Source: Rikenellaceae bacterium DTU049 (GTDB lineage: Bacteria > Bacteroidota > Bacteroidia > Bacteroidales > DTU049). From it: a stretch of DNA of 60,521 nucleotides. The notes below the pieces were generated by a model that saw only the letters and a program-made list of their open reading frames with translations, made no database searches and was not told where the DNA came from. Numbering within the stretch: the first letter of the stretch is position 1; each line of letters starts with the position of its first letter. Shown piece by piece: positions 48,667 through 57,562 of this stretch. The position numbers and the translations under genes are program-made. Location of the stretch: contig LFTI01000087.1 of the NCBI GenBank assembly GCA_001513285.1, positions 1-60,521 on the forward strand, read 5' to 3'.

Positions 48667-50523
48667 TTAATTTTTAATCAATTTTTCCCAAATAATTTCA
48701 TCATTTAGATCAATAATTTTTATCAGATAAAGTCCATTATTTAGATTATGAATATTGATATTTTCTTGCTGATTAAATTCATATTTTTTACCCATTATGT
48801 CGTAAATTTCTATAAATTTAATTTGATTAAAATTTGAAATTGTAAATGAACTATTAGTAGGATTAGGATAAATAATGAATCTTTCTGAATTTGAGAAATC
48901 ACAAATATTATTTGAATGTAATATCGGTAATGAAATACTAGATTTATGATCTGTTTCGTAATATACAACATTAGTAGCTATTATAGTATCTCCTGCGGTA
49001 TACATTTGTTTACCATTATTAAGGTTATTATCATATTTGGGATAATTTGATGATGAAATATCTATTCTGATTTTATGTCCTGGTAAAAATGTATAAGCAG
49101 TATGAGGCAAATCAATATCAATTTTATAGATGACACCATTTATCATAGAAGCTGTATCACTTGTTTGGTAGCCATTTCTGAAACGCATCCTTTTAATTCC
49201 ATCATTTATAAGTATTGACCTATTATCTGGATAAACATCACAGAATCTAATGGCAAAATCTGTATCTTTACAATCACTACTTACGAATAAGGTAATTTTT
49301 ACTTTACCAAATACCCTAATAGGTTCATTAAGTGTAGAAGAAGTAAATATGAGTAAATCACTTCTAGATTCTACAACTTGTGATTGATCATAGGGACCTT
49401 GCAATAAATCTTGTCGTAATGTAGTACCACCATAAGTGGGTGATGGATCTGCTGGATTGTAAATAAAATATTCATTTTGATTTTGTACATCTGGAGGAAT
49501 TGTTGAGAGATAATTATCACTGTTCAAAAACATTTGTAATGTATCAATATTGATAGCAGACAAACTAGTAGCTTGTTGCCATTGGTTATCACCTATTTGG
49601 TAATATTGTACTACAGGTTCATTATTCCATCCATTATTAATATTTTTAAGATAGAAATCAAAAAAACGTAAAGAAAGAGAATCATTCCAATTGCTTGCAT
49701 TGTAAAAAAATAATTCTCCCTGTTGGTTAGACCCTACCTGTGATATTCCATGTCCACCATGTACCCACGGTCCTATTAATAGCTTATGTTGCGAAGCTGC
49801 TGGGGATTGTTGCTGCAAAGCATTAAAAAAACTAAGCAATTGATCTATTGTATGATCGTACCATCCACCAATCATAAAAAAAGGAACATTAATAGAAGAA
49901 GGATAAAAAGTACTATTTTCTACAAATTGCCATTGCAAATTATAAAAAGGATTGCTTAATAGCCAGGTAGAAAAACCAAAACCTAAATTATCTAATTGTT
50001 CCACATATTCTGTCCTATATACTCCACCAGGAAAATATTCTAGATATGTCATTTGTGGATTTGATACTAAAGGCACACAACAAATCAGATGTGGAGGTTG
50101 CTCTTTAGCAGTTTCGAATTGTATTTTGCCTAGAGCTGAAGGTCCATAAGTACCTATTTTCCCATTACTCCATGATTGCTGTGCTATCCATTCTACAATA
50201 TCATAACCATCGAGACCTCTATTATAACCTAATACATTTGCAGATGAGCTACCATAGAACCCTCTCCAATCTGTAATAACAAAATTATATCCATAATCTT
50301 CTATATTTTGACCTACTAATGGTAGATTTAGTCTATAATATATCCTATTATATGGAGTTTGGATTAATATAGTTGGTCGTGGATTTATAGAATCTATAAT
50401 ATATATATCTGCTGCTATTTTTTTGCCATCACGCATAACTATAGAGTCTATAATTGGAGTATATATTTGTGCTATCAAAATATTTGATATACAAATAAAA
50501 ATTAAAACTATTGATTTATACAT
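48667..50523 (-). CDS. CocE/NonD family hydrolase with T9SS type-A CTD
   Basis: MRDG..IAADIY, TPY, WSNGKIG..G.S..G, GWYD, GPW.H, IR.DISSSNYP; C-terminal IYPNP...KLIK. Confidence 0.9.
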   Translation of the reverse strand: MYKSIVLIFICISNILIAQIYTPIIDSIVMRDGKKIAADIYIIDSINPRPTILIQTPYNRIYYRLNLPLVGQNIEDYGYNFVITDWRGFYGSSSANVLGYNRGLDGYDIVEWIAQQSWSNGKIGTYGPSALGKIQFETAKEQPPHLICCVPLVSNPQMTYLEYFPGGVYRTEYVEQLDNLGFGFSTWLLSNPFYNLQWQFVENSTFYPSSINVPFFMIGGWYDHTIDQLLSFFNALQQQSPAASQHKLLIGPWVHGGHGISQVGSNQQGELFFYNASNWNDSLSLRFFDFYLKNINNGWNNEPVVQYYQIGDNQWQQATSLSAINIDTLQMFLNSDNYLSTIPPDVQNQNEYFIYNPADPSPTYGGTTLRQDLLQGPYDQSQVVESRSDLLIFTSSTLNEPIRVFGKVKITLFVSSDCKDTDFAIRFCDVYPDNRSILINDGIKRMRFRNGYQTSDTASMINGVIYKIDIDLPHTAYTFLPGHKIRIDISSSNYPKYDNNLNNGKQMYTAGDTIIATNVVYYETDHKSSISLPILHSNNICDFSNSERFIIYPNPTNSSFTISNFNQIKFIEIYDIMGKKYEFNQQENINIHNLNNGLYLIKIIDLNDEIIWEKLIKN

Positions 50524-50654
50524 AATTTTTAAAAATTTTTATATAAATTTTTAAAATTAATATTTTTTATATTAAAATGTAAATAAACTATCTCATTAAA
50601 ATTTTTATTAAAAATAAAGATAATTATTTTATTAAAACAAAAAAATATTTACTT

Positions 50655-51407
50655 TTGCATAAAATATTATTTGTGCATAGTCAAGCTTTAGTAATTATAC
50701 CGACATACAACGAAATAGAAAATATAGAGCTTATTATTAAAACTGTATTTTCATTACCAGAAGCTTTTGATATTTTAGTGGTAGATGATAATTCACCTGA
50801 TGGCACAGCTGATATTGTAAAAAAAATGATTCCGCAATATCCAGATTCATTACATTTATTATTAAGAGAGCAAAAAGAAGGATTAGGTAAAGCATACATA
50901 GCAGGTTTCAAATGGGCTCTAGAGCAAGGTTACGATTATATTCTAGAAATGGATGCTGATTTTTCTCATAATCCTGCCGATTTAGTTAGACTATTAGCTA
51001 CTTGTAGAGACGAAGACTATGATTTATCTATTGGCTCTCGCTATATTTCAGGTATTACAGTGATGAATTGGCCACTATCTCGAGTACTTTTATCTTATTT
51101 CGCTTCTAAGTATGTAAATTTAATCACTGGCATGCCTATTAAAGATTCTACGGCTGGTTTTGTATGCTATAGAGCTAATTTTTTATCTTATATTAATTTA
51201 GATAAAATATCATTTGTAGGATATGCTTTTCAGATAGAAATGAAATATTATGCATATAAGCTTGGATTTAAAATCAAAGAAATACCAATAGTATTTTCTG
51301 AGCGTCTAAAAGGGCAATCTAAAATGAATAAAAAAATTGTTTTTGAGGCTATGTGGGGTGTCCTGCAACTACGTTTTCATAATACAAAAAAAATTGTAAA
51401 ATCATAA
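50655..51407 (+). CDS. Polyprenol monophosphomannose synthase (GT2, DPM1-like); start may be GTG 50673
   Basis: IIPTYNE.ENI, VDDNSPDGT, GLG.AY..GF, MDADFSH.P, GYAFQIE. Confidence 0.92.
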   Translation: MHKILFVHSQALVIIPTYNEIENIELIIKTVFSLPEAFDILVVDDNSPDGTADIVKKMIPQYPDSLHLLLREQKEGLGKAYIAGFKWALEQGYDYILEMDADFSHNPADLVRLLATCRDEDYDLSIGSRYISGITVMNWPLSRVLLSYFASKYVNLITGMPIKDSTAGFVCYRANFLSYINLDKISFVGYAFQIEMKYYAYKLGFKIKEIPIVFSERLKGQSKMNKKIVFEAMWGVLQLRFHNTKKIVKS

Positions 51408-52741
51408 TGGACAATTATCATATTATAAATGTCCATATTATTAATGAAGGTCAAATATCTTGGGGCGAAGTATTCATTTCTAAAGGAATTATTGAAAAAA
51501 TAAATTTTAATATTACCAGTAAAACACCAACAAATTATCAACAAATTGATGGCGATGGTAATTATTTAATTCCAGGGATTATTGATACGCATGTGCATTT
51601 TCGTGAACCAGGCTATAATGATAAAGCTAGCATTTATTCAGAGTCATTAGCAGCTCTCTATGGAGGTGTCACTTCATTTATAGATATGCCAAATACTCTG
51701 CCACCTACTACTGATAAAAGCCTTCTAGAGCAGAAATTAGATATTGCTAGTAAAGATTCTTTCATAAATTATGGCTTCTATCTGGCAGCTGTAGATGATA
51801 ATTTCTCTGAAATACAAAAAATAGAACCTAGTGAGTTAGCTGGTATAAAAGTTTTTTGGGGCAATACTACTGGCAATCTGTCCCTCAAAAATCCAACTGT
51901 AATTAATCAAGTTTTTCAATTGCCATATTTGATAGCTGTACATGGCGAGGATAATACTACAATCAACTTAAATCAAGAGTTGTATTTAGATCTTTTTGAT
52001 AACGATGTTTTTATTCATCCAATTATTAGAAATATAGATGCGTGCATCAATGCAGCCAAAGATATTTTATCTATTGCAAACAAATATAATACTCGTTTGC
52101 ATTATTTACATATTTCTCACATAAATGAACTAAATTTCATTTATAATTTTAAAAATAAACTTTCTAATTTGTCAGTAGAAACTTGTCCACATTATCTATA
52201 CTTCGATTTATCAGATTATACTACTTATGGCAATTTAATAAAAGTAAATCCATCAATAAAATCTACTCAAGAGCAACGAATGCAATTATTAAATTCTTTA
52301 GATTTGATTGATACTATTGGTAGTGATCATGCTCCACATTTGAAAAATGAAAAATTGAATTCTTATGAATTATCTCCATCTGGCATACCTTCTATTCAAC
52401 ATGAATTAGGTCTGATGTGGGCTCTGGTAGAAAAAAATTTTTTGTCTTTACCATATTTAATAAATAAAATGGCTCATAAACCAGCTCAAATATTTAAAAT
52501 TGATAAAAGAGGTTTTATCCGTGAAGGATATTACGCAGATTTAGTTTTAGTAAAGAATAATGCTCATGAATTAATAACTAGTGATAAACTGAAATATAAA
52601 TGTGAATGGAGCCCATACGAGAATTTTACAATTCCAATTACTATTGATAAAGTATGGATAAATGGACAAATGATACTCGACAATAATTCAATAATTCCAA
52701 ATAAATCTGCATTACCTCTACATTTTAATAATTCGAAATAA
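51407..52741 (+). CDS. pyrC: Dihydroorotase (long form)
   Basis: PG.ID.HVHFREPG, DMPNT.P, H.E, H..H, KVNP, SDHAPH, KC.WSP. Confidence 0.9.
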   Translation: MDNYHIINVHIINEGQISWGEVFISKGIIEKINFNITSKTPTNYQQIDGDGNYLIPGIIDTHVHFREPGYNDKASIYSESLAALYGGVTSFIDMPNTLPPTTDKSLLEQKLDIASKDSFINYGFYLAAVDDNFSEIQKIEPSELAGIKVFWGNTTGNLSLKNPTVINQVFQLPYLIAVHGEDNTTINLNQELYLDLFDNDVFIHPIIRNIDACINAAKDILSIANKYNTRLHYLHISHINELNFIYNFKNKLSNLSVETCPHYLYFDLSDYTTYGNLIKVNPSIKSTQEQRMQLLNSLDLIDTIGSDHAPHLKNEKLNSYELSPSGIPSIQHELGLMWALVEKNFLSLPYLINKMAHKPAQIFKIDKRGFIREGYYADLVLVKNNAHELITSDKLKYKCEWSPYENFTIPITIDKVWINGQMILDNNSIIPNKSALPLHFNNSK

Positions 52742-52811
52742 TTTTTAATAATAGAAATATTTTAACTAATTTTGACATTTGATTAAAAATATAAAAGCTA
52801 AATAAATACTA

Positions 52812-53390
52812 ATGAATTTAAATAATTGCTATAAAATATTAGGGATAGATCCAGGATCCAATATAACAGGTTACGCTATAATAGGAGTAGATAATTATAA
52901 TCTATTTACTATAGACATGGGATGTATAAATGTAAAGAAAGTAAAAGATCATTTTGAGCGAATTAAAATAATACATAAAACAGTGAAAGAATTAATAAAT
53001 TCTCACAAACCAAATGTATTGTCAATAGAAGGGCCTTATTATGGGCAAAATGTACAATCTATGCTAAAGCTAGGACGTGCACAAGGTGTAGTGATAGCTG
53101 CTGCATTAGAGTATGGCATTGATGTTTATGAGTATGCTCCTAGAAGAGTAAAAATTTCTGTAACAGGCAATGGTAGGGCATCTAAAGAACAAGTAGCAGG
53201 TATGATAAATAATATTCTTCAAATAAAAGATGATTCTTTACCTTTTGATGCTACAGATGCTGCAGCAATAGCTTTATGCCATTATTATTCTGATTATTCT
53301 AGTATAATACCTAAAGAAGATTTACATTTTAGAAAAAATAAATGGCTCCAATTTATCGAAGATAATCCTGATAGAATCATTAAAAAATAA
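52812..53390 (+). CDS. ruvC: Holliday junction resolvase RuvC
   Basis: ILGIDPG, N.QSMLKLGRAQG, G.G.ASKEQV, DATDA.AIA.CH. Confidence 0.96.
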   Translation: MNLNNCYKILGIDPGSNITGYAIIGVDNYNLFTIDMGCINVKKVKDHFERIKIIHKTVKELINSHKPNVLSIEGPYYGQNVQSMLKLGRAQGVVIAAALEYGIDVYEYAPRRVKISVTGNGRASKEQVAGMINNILQIKDDSLPFDATDAAAIALCHYYSDYSSIIPKEDLHFRKNKWLQFIEDNPDRIIKK

Positions 53391-53407
53391 AATAAAAAAC
53401 AAATATT

Positions 53408-53992
53408 ATGAAAGAAACAATTAAAAATTTAGTAAAAGCCTTTATAGGAGAAAGTCAAGCTAGAAATCGCTATACCTTTTATGCTAAAATAGCAAAAAAT
53501 GAAGGTTATGAGCAAATAGCTGAAATATTTACTATGACGGCAGATAATGAACGTGAGCATGCTAGCTGGTTATTTAAACATATTAATGAACTAAAAAAGG
53601 AATCTACTGAAAATTTAGATGAAATTACTGTAGAAGCCGGTGCTCCAACTACATTAGGCACAACTGTAGATAATTTAAAAGCAGCAATAGCAGGCGAAAC
53701 ATATGAATTTACAAGTATGTATCCAGAATTTGCTGATGTTGCTGAGAAAGAAGGCTATACTGCTATAGCTAATAGATTGAGAGCTATTGCTGTGGCTGAG
53801 CAACACCACGCTGAACGTTATGATAAAATTCTAAAAGAGGTAGAAGCTGGTACATTCTTTAAAAAAGATCAACCAGTAGTATGGTTCTGCAGAGAATGCG
53901 GTTATGTTCATATCGGTACCGAACCACCTCAAGTATGCCCTGCATGTTCACATCCTCGTAGCTTCTATCAATTAAAAATAGAACAATATTAA
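53408..53992 (+). CDS. rbr: Rubrerythrin
   Basis: AF.GESQARNRY, E.EHA, GE..E...MYP, E..H, C-terminal CRECG..CPACSH. Confidence 0.95.
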   Translation: MKETIKNLVKAFIGESQARNRYTFYAKIAKNEGYEQIAEIFTMTADNEREHASWLFKHINELKKESTENLDEITVEAGAPTTLGTTVDNLKAAIAGETYEFTSMYPEFADVAEKEGYTAIANRLRAIAVAEQHHAERYDKILKEVEAGTFFKKDQPVVWFCRECGYVHIGTEPPQVCPACSHPRSFYQLKIEQY

Positions 53993-53998
53993 TTTTTT

Positions 53999-54342
53999 GG
54001 TTCTATAATGTTTTGAGTAGGTAAAGATTAAAAAAGAGTAATTTTATAAAAATGAATTAATATTGTGTTGTTAAATATGAACCACAAAGTTCTCAAAGAA
54101 TGATAGAAATAATTGTCTGAACCAGAATTAGTGGGAATAAGGATTTTGGGATTTTGTTTTTCAGGGCTAAAGCCCACATCTTTTTCTATGTTCTACCTCG
54201 ACCTAAAGGTCGAGGTTAATAATCTACTCTTTGCTATCTGACCTAAAGGTCAGGGTTAATAGTTTACTCTTTGTGACCTTTGTGTAATATCTTGGTGTCC
54301 TTTGTGGTAAAATAATTAACCTACAATAAACGTTATAGAACT
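53999..54342. mobile_element. 344-bp non-autonomous element (MITE copy C) with terminal inverted repeats and internal REP-like palindromes
   Basis: Left GGTTCTATAATGTTT, right AAACGTTATAGAACT; no ORF; lies between convergent rbr and response regulator. Confidence 0.75.
54164..54273. repeat. REP-like palindromes within the MITE
   Basis: GGGCT-AA-AGCCC (54164-54175), ACCTCGACCT-AA-AGGTCGAGGT (54195-54216), CTGACCT-AA-AGGTCAG (54238-54253); the last two lie in a 40-bp-period duplication. Confidence 0.85.
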
Positions 54343-54390
54343 GAAATATAGTTAATACCTTGAATGAACTAGTAATAATTTAGTTATTAC

Positions 54391-55080
54391 TTAAACGCCT
54401 ATTTCAATTAACTTATATCCCTGCCTTGGTAAACTTATTAATTCTAAATGTGAATCTTGTTTTATCCATTTCCTTACTTTAGCTATATATACGTCCAGAG
54501 TACGAGATTTGAAATAATCTACATCTCCATATAGGTGCATTAATAATTCATTTTTTGTAGTTATATTATTTATATTTTGGAATAATATTTTCAATATTTC
54601 TAATTCAATAGGTGATAGCTTGATTTCTTCTTTATTATTTAAAATTAAAACATTCCTATTAACATCTAATATAGAATTACCTGCTTCTAATTTTGTAATA
54701 TTTGATTGAGGATAAACCCTATTGAGTAATACTTGCATACGAGCTAATAATATATCTACAGAGAATGGTTTAATCACATAATCATCAGCTCCCACCTCAT
54801 AACCAGTTAATATATCCTCGTTTTGACTTTTTGCTGTAATAAAAATTATCGGTATTGATGGATTGATAGTCCTTATTTCTTTCACAAGAGTAATACCATC
54901 TTTTTTAGGCATCATTATATCTACGAGCATGAGATGATAAAAAGGATTATTTTTATATTTTTCTAATGCAATTTCTCCATTTTCGTACCAATCAACATCA
55001 TAGCCTTTAGTTGTTAAAAAGCTTTTTAGCACATATGCGAAATGTTTATCATCTTCTACTAAAAAAATTTTATATTTCAT
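54391..55080 (-). CDS. OmpR-family response regulator (RprY-like)
   Basis: LVEDD, DIMMP.KDG, TAK, GADDY..KPF, SRTLDVYI.KVRK. Confidence 0.92.
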   Translation of the reverse strand: MKYKIFLVEDDKHFAYVLKSFLTTKGYDVDWYENGEIALEKYKNNPFYHLMLVDIMMPKKDGITLVKEIRTINPSIPIIFITAKSQNEDILTGYEVGADDYVIKPFSVDILLARMQVLLNRVYPQSNITKLEAGNSILDVNRNVLILNNKEEIKLSPIELEILKILFQNINNITTKNELLMHLYGDVDYFKSRTLDVYIAKVRKWIKQDSHLELISLPRQGYKLIEIGV

Positions 55081-56792
55081 AAATCATCATTTTTAATAGA
55101 CAGAAAATATAAATCAAAAATTGTGCCCTTATCTATTTCGCTTGTTACTTCTATTTTGCCTTTATGAGCTTCTACTATTGCTTGCACATAGCTGAGACCC
55201 AATCCATAGCCTTTAGTATTATAAATATTTCCTGTAGATACTCTATAAAATCTATCAAAGATATGTTTGATATCTTTCTTTTTTATTCCTATGCCATTAT
55301 CTGCAATTTCTACAATTAAACATTTAGTATTTTGTTGTTTTATTTTAATAGTAATTTCAGGATGATCTTTGGCATATTTGCACGCATTATCTATTAAATT
55401 ATAAAATACTTGTCTCAAGTGCACTTCATCACCCATGATAATTGGATCTTCTATATCAAATTCTGTGTGTACAATTGCATTATAATCTTTTAAAAAAAGT
55501 TCTAGGTCATTTAACAAATTTGTTAAAAAATCATTTAAATTAATTTTAGTTAAATTTAATTGTATAGAAGTTTTATCTAATAGCGAAGTTTGAAGTATTT
55601 TCTCTATCAAAGTTTGCATTCGAGTATTTTCATCTTTAATAATTTTTATCATTCTACTAGCTTCATCTGGTGGTAAATTATTAATAGTTTCACAAGCAAT
55701 GTCAATAGTCGCTATTGGTGTTTTCAGCTCATGTGTTACATTATTTATGAAATCTGTTTTCATTTCAGATAAACGCTTTTGTCTAATTAAATTATATATT
55801 ATGAAAGTAAATGAACCTAAAACGCCTAATATTAGTAATATTGATAAAAATAGAAAATTACTTAATGTAGATAAAATATAGCTTGTTTTATTAGGAAAAT
55901 ATATAATCAAATATTCTGGAGGTGCAAATAAATCGCTTGGATACAATCGAAACATCATACCTTTTTGTAGTATTTTTTCGGCTGATATAGAGTCATTTTC
56001 TAGAAACATAGTTTTTCTATGGGGACTATAAATACCGAAATAGTATTTTATATTTATATTATTTTCTGCTAAAGAGCTGGCAATTAATGAATCTAATGCT
56101 TTAGCATTTATCCTTTGTTCTACGGGAATGAAATGTTTGATATTGAAAAAATCTTCCATCACATCACCTATGATGAAGCTACGTCTGAGAAACCTATCTA
56201 CTGCTTGATAGACAGAATCTACTTTAAATGGCAAAATAATATTAGGTACTCTCACCCACCCTACCATACTATCTAATTGGTCTTTTACTATCTCATCTTT
56301 GCTAACTGGCAAATTAGATTTATTAGATAAATCCAATAATGTCGCACTATCTGCGTGTTGCTTTTCTATGTTTATGATGTGTGTATCTACTTTTTGGACA
56401 AGTTCACCATATTTATTTGTGTATATCTGTACTCTAATTCTTTCTCTACTTATATTAATTACACTGTCTGAGAGAGTGGTGTCTAAGCCTACATCTTTTA
56501 AAGATTTAAATAATTCTTTGTTTAACGAATCTATGGTTTGCATGACTCTAGCACCTTTATATTTACTTAATTTAGTTTCTAATAAATCTGCTATTTCTTG
56601 CTTTTCATATTGGTAAATCACTTTAGACATGCTCTCTTGGATAGTTTTATCGAAATTTGCTAGTGCTGCATTTATTGTTGATGTTATAAAATAATATTGT
56701 ATCAATAATATACCAATGAATGATATACCAGACACTACTAAAATAGTTATTGTCCAGCGTTTTTCTTTATTTTTAATTTTTTGTTTTAACAT
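55077..56792 (-). CDS. Sensor histidine kinase (RprX-like)
   Basis: Two TM segments, DFINNVTHELKTPI, NLIDNA.KY, DNGIG, IFDRFYRV, G.GLGL. Confidence 0.93.
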   Translation of the reverse strand: MLKQKIKNKEKRWTITILVVSGISFIGILLIQYYFITSTINAALANFDKTIQESMSKVIYQYEKQEIADLLETKLSKYKGARVMQTIDSLNKELFKSLKDVGLDTTLSDSVINISRERIRVQIYTNKYGELVQKVDTHIINIEKQHADSATLLDLSNKSNLPVSKDEIVKDQLDSMVGWVRVPNIILPFKVDSVYQAVDRFLRRSFIIGDVMEDFFNIKHFIPVEQRINAKALDSLIASSLAENNINIKYYFGIYSPHRKTMFLENDSISAEKILQKGMMFRLYPSDLFAPPEYLIIYFPNKTSYILSTLSNFLFLSILLILGVLGSFTFIIYNLIRQKRLSEMKTDFINNVTHELKTPIATIDIACETINNLPPDEASRMIKIIKDENTRMQTLIEKILQTSLLDKTSIQLNLTKINLNDFLTNLLNDLELFLKDYNAIVHTEFDIEDPIIMGDEVHLRQVFYNLIDNACKYAKDHPEITIKIKQQNTKCLIVEIADNGIGIKKKDIKHIFDRFYRVSTGNIYNTKGYGLGLSYVQAIVEAHKGKIEVTSEIDKGTIFDLYFLSIKNDDL

Positions 56793-56820
56793 TTTTTAAC
56801 ATTATTTAACATTTCTTAAC
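56786..56820. promoter_or_regulatory. Four TTAAC direct repeats at exact 10-bp spacing, putative OmpR-type binding array
   Basis: TTAAC at 56786, 56796, 56806 and 56816; the first overlaps the kinase start codon. Confidence 0.6.
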
Positions 56821-56854
56821 TTTAAATAATAAATTTTTTGTATTATTTTGTAAT

Positions 56855-56945
56855 GTAATTTTTTTATATCCATTTATAAAAAAATAAATTTAATGTTTTT
56901 TAGGGTTTGACACAGCGACTCATTAATGAGTCGCTTTTTATTTTT
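56855..56945 (+). ncRNA. Candidate small RNA divergent from the kinase; 5' end uncertain
   Basis: Plus-strand terminator with no upstream plus-strand ORF, downstream of the repeat array and a near-consensus -7 box (TTATTTTG, 56843-56850). Confidence 0.35.
56914..56945 (+). terminator. Intrinsic terminator
   Basis: AGCGACTCAT-TA-ATGAGTCGCT followed by TTTTATTTTT. Confidence 0.8.
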
Positions 56946-57145
56946 GTAAAATTAAACAATTTTAATAGATTTGCAAAAATTATTGTTTATCATAATAAAC
57001 TTTTACAATTTTGAAATGTCTAATTAGTATAATGAATTTAGATATTTTGTTTTGCTACTTTAATTTTATGATTATTTTACTTAATTATAATACATGTTTA
57101 AAAAAAATTTTATATAAATTTGCATAAAATATTAAATTATAAATT

Positions 57146-57556
57146 ATGAAAAAATTTCTTTTTATTTTAGTTTTAAATATGATTACACTTATATCATATT
57201 CTCAACAATTTGATTCTAGATTAGAGAAACATTTTGGCAGAGATAAATTGATTTATTGGCAAAAAAATTATCCAGATAGTCTAGGATATTACCAATTTGT
57301 AATAGATAATGCTGTATTGATAATGGATGAGAATGTTGCGAAACAAAGATTAGGTGGAGAGCAAGTAAGTGAAATAGAGATTCCAAATTTTGATGAAGCC
57401 ATTAAAAATCATAAACTTCTAGATATTTTTTCACTCGGCATAGAGTTAAAACCCGATACTTATCAATATATTAAAGTAAAAAATGAGCCATATTATTTAT
57501 ATGTAAAATCAAGCAATTATTTATGGAATAAATATCAAGCAGGAAAACAAAATTAA
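57146..57556 (+). CDS. Hypothetical secreted protein (paralog of 60279 ORF)
   Basis: Signal peptide ..SYS/Q; -7 box TAAATTTG at 57115-57122; 6 nt from the next gene. Confidence 0.8.
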   Translation: MKKFLFILVLNMITLISYSQQFDSRLEKHFGRDKLIYWQKNYPDSLGYYQFVIDNAVLIMDENVAKQRLGGEQVSEIEIPNFDEAIKNHKLLDIFSLGIELKPDTYQYIKVKNEPYYLYVKSSNYLWNKYQAGKQN

Positions 57557-57562
57557 AACATT

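Noticed and set aside
52812-53100. Purine-rich 5' half of ruvC as another skew switch
   Set aside because: The effect is modest, explicable by coding-strand bias, and no associated motif was recognised; it needs computation.
53999-54342. Integron attC-like site
   Set aside because: No integrase or cassette array is present; the ends match a dispersed TIR family instead.
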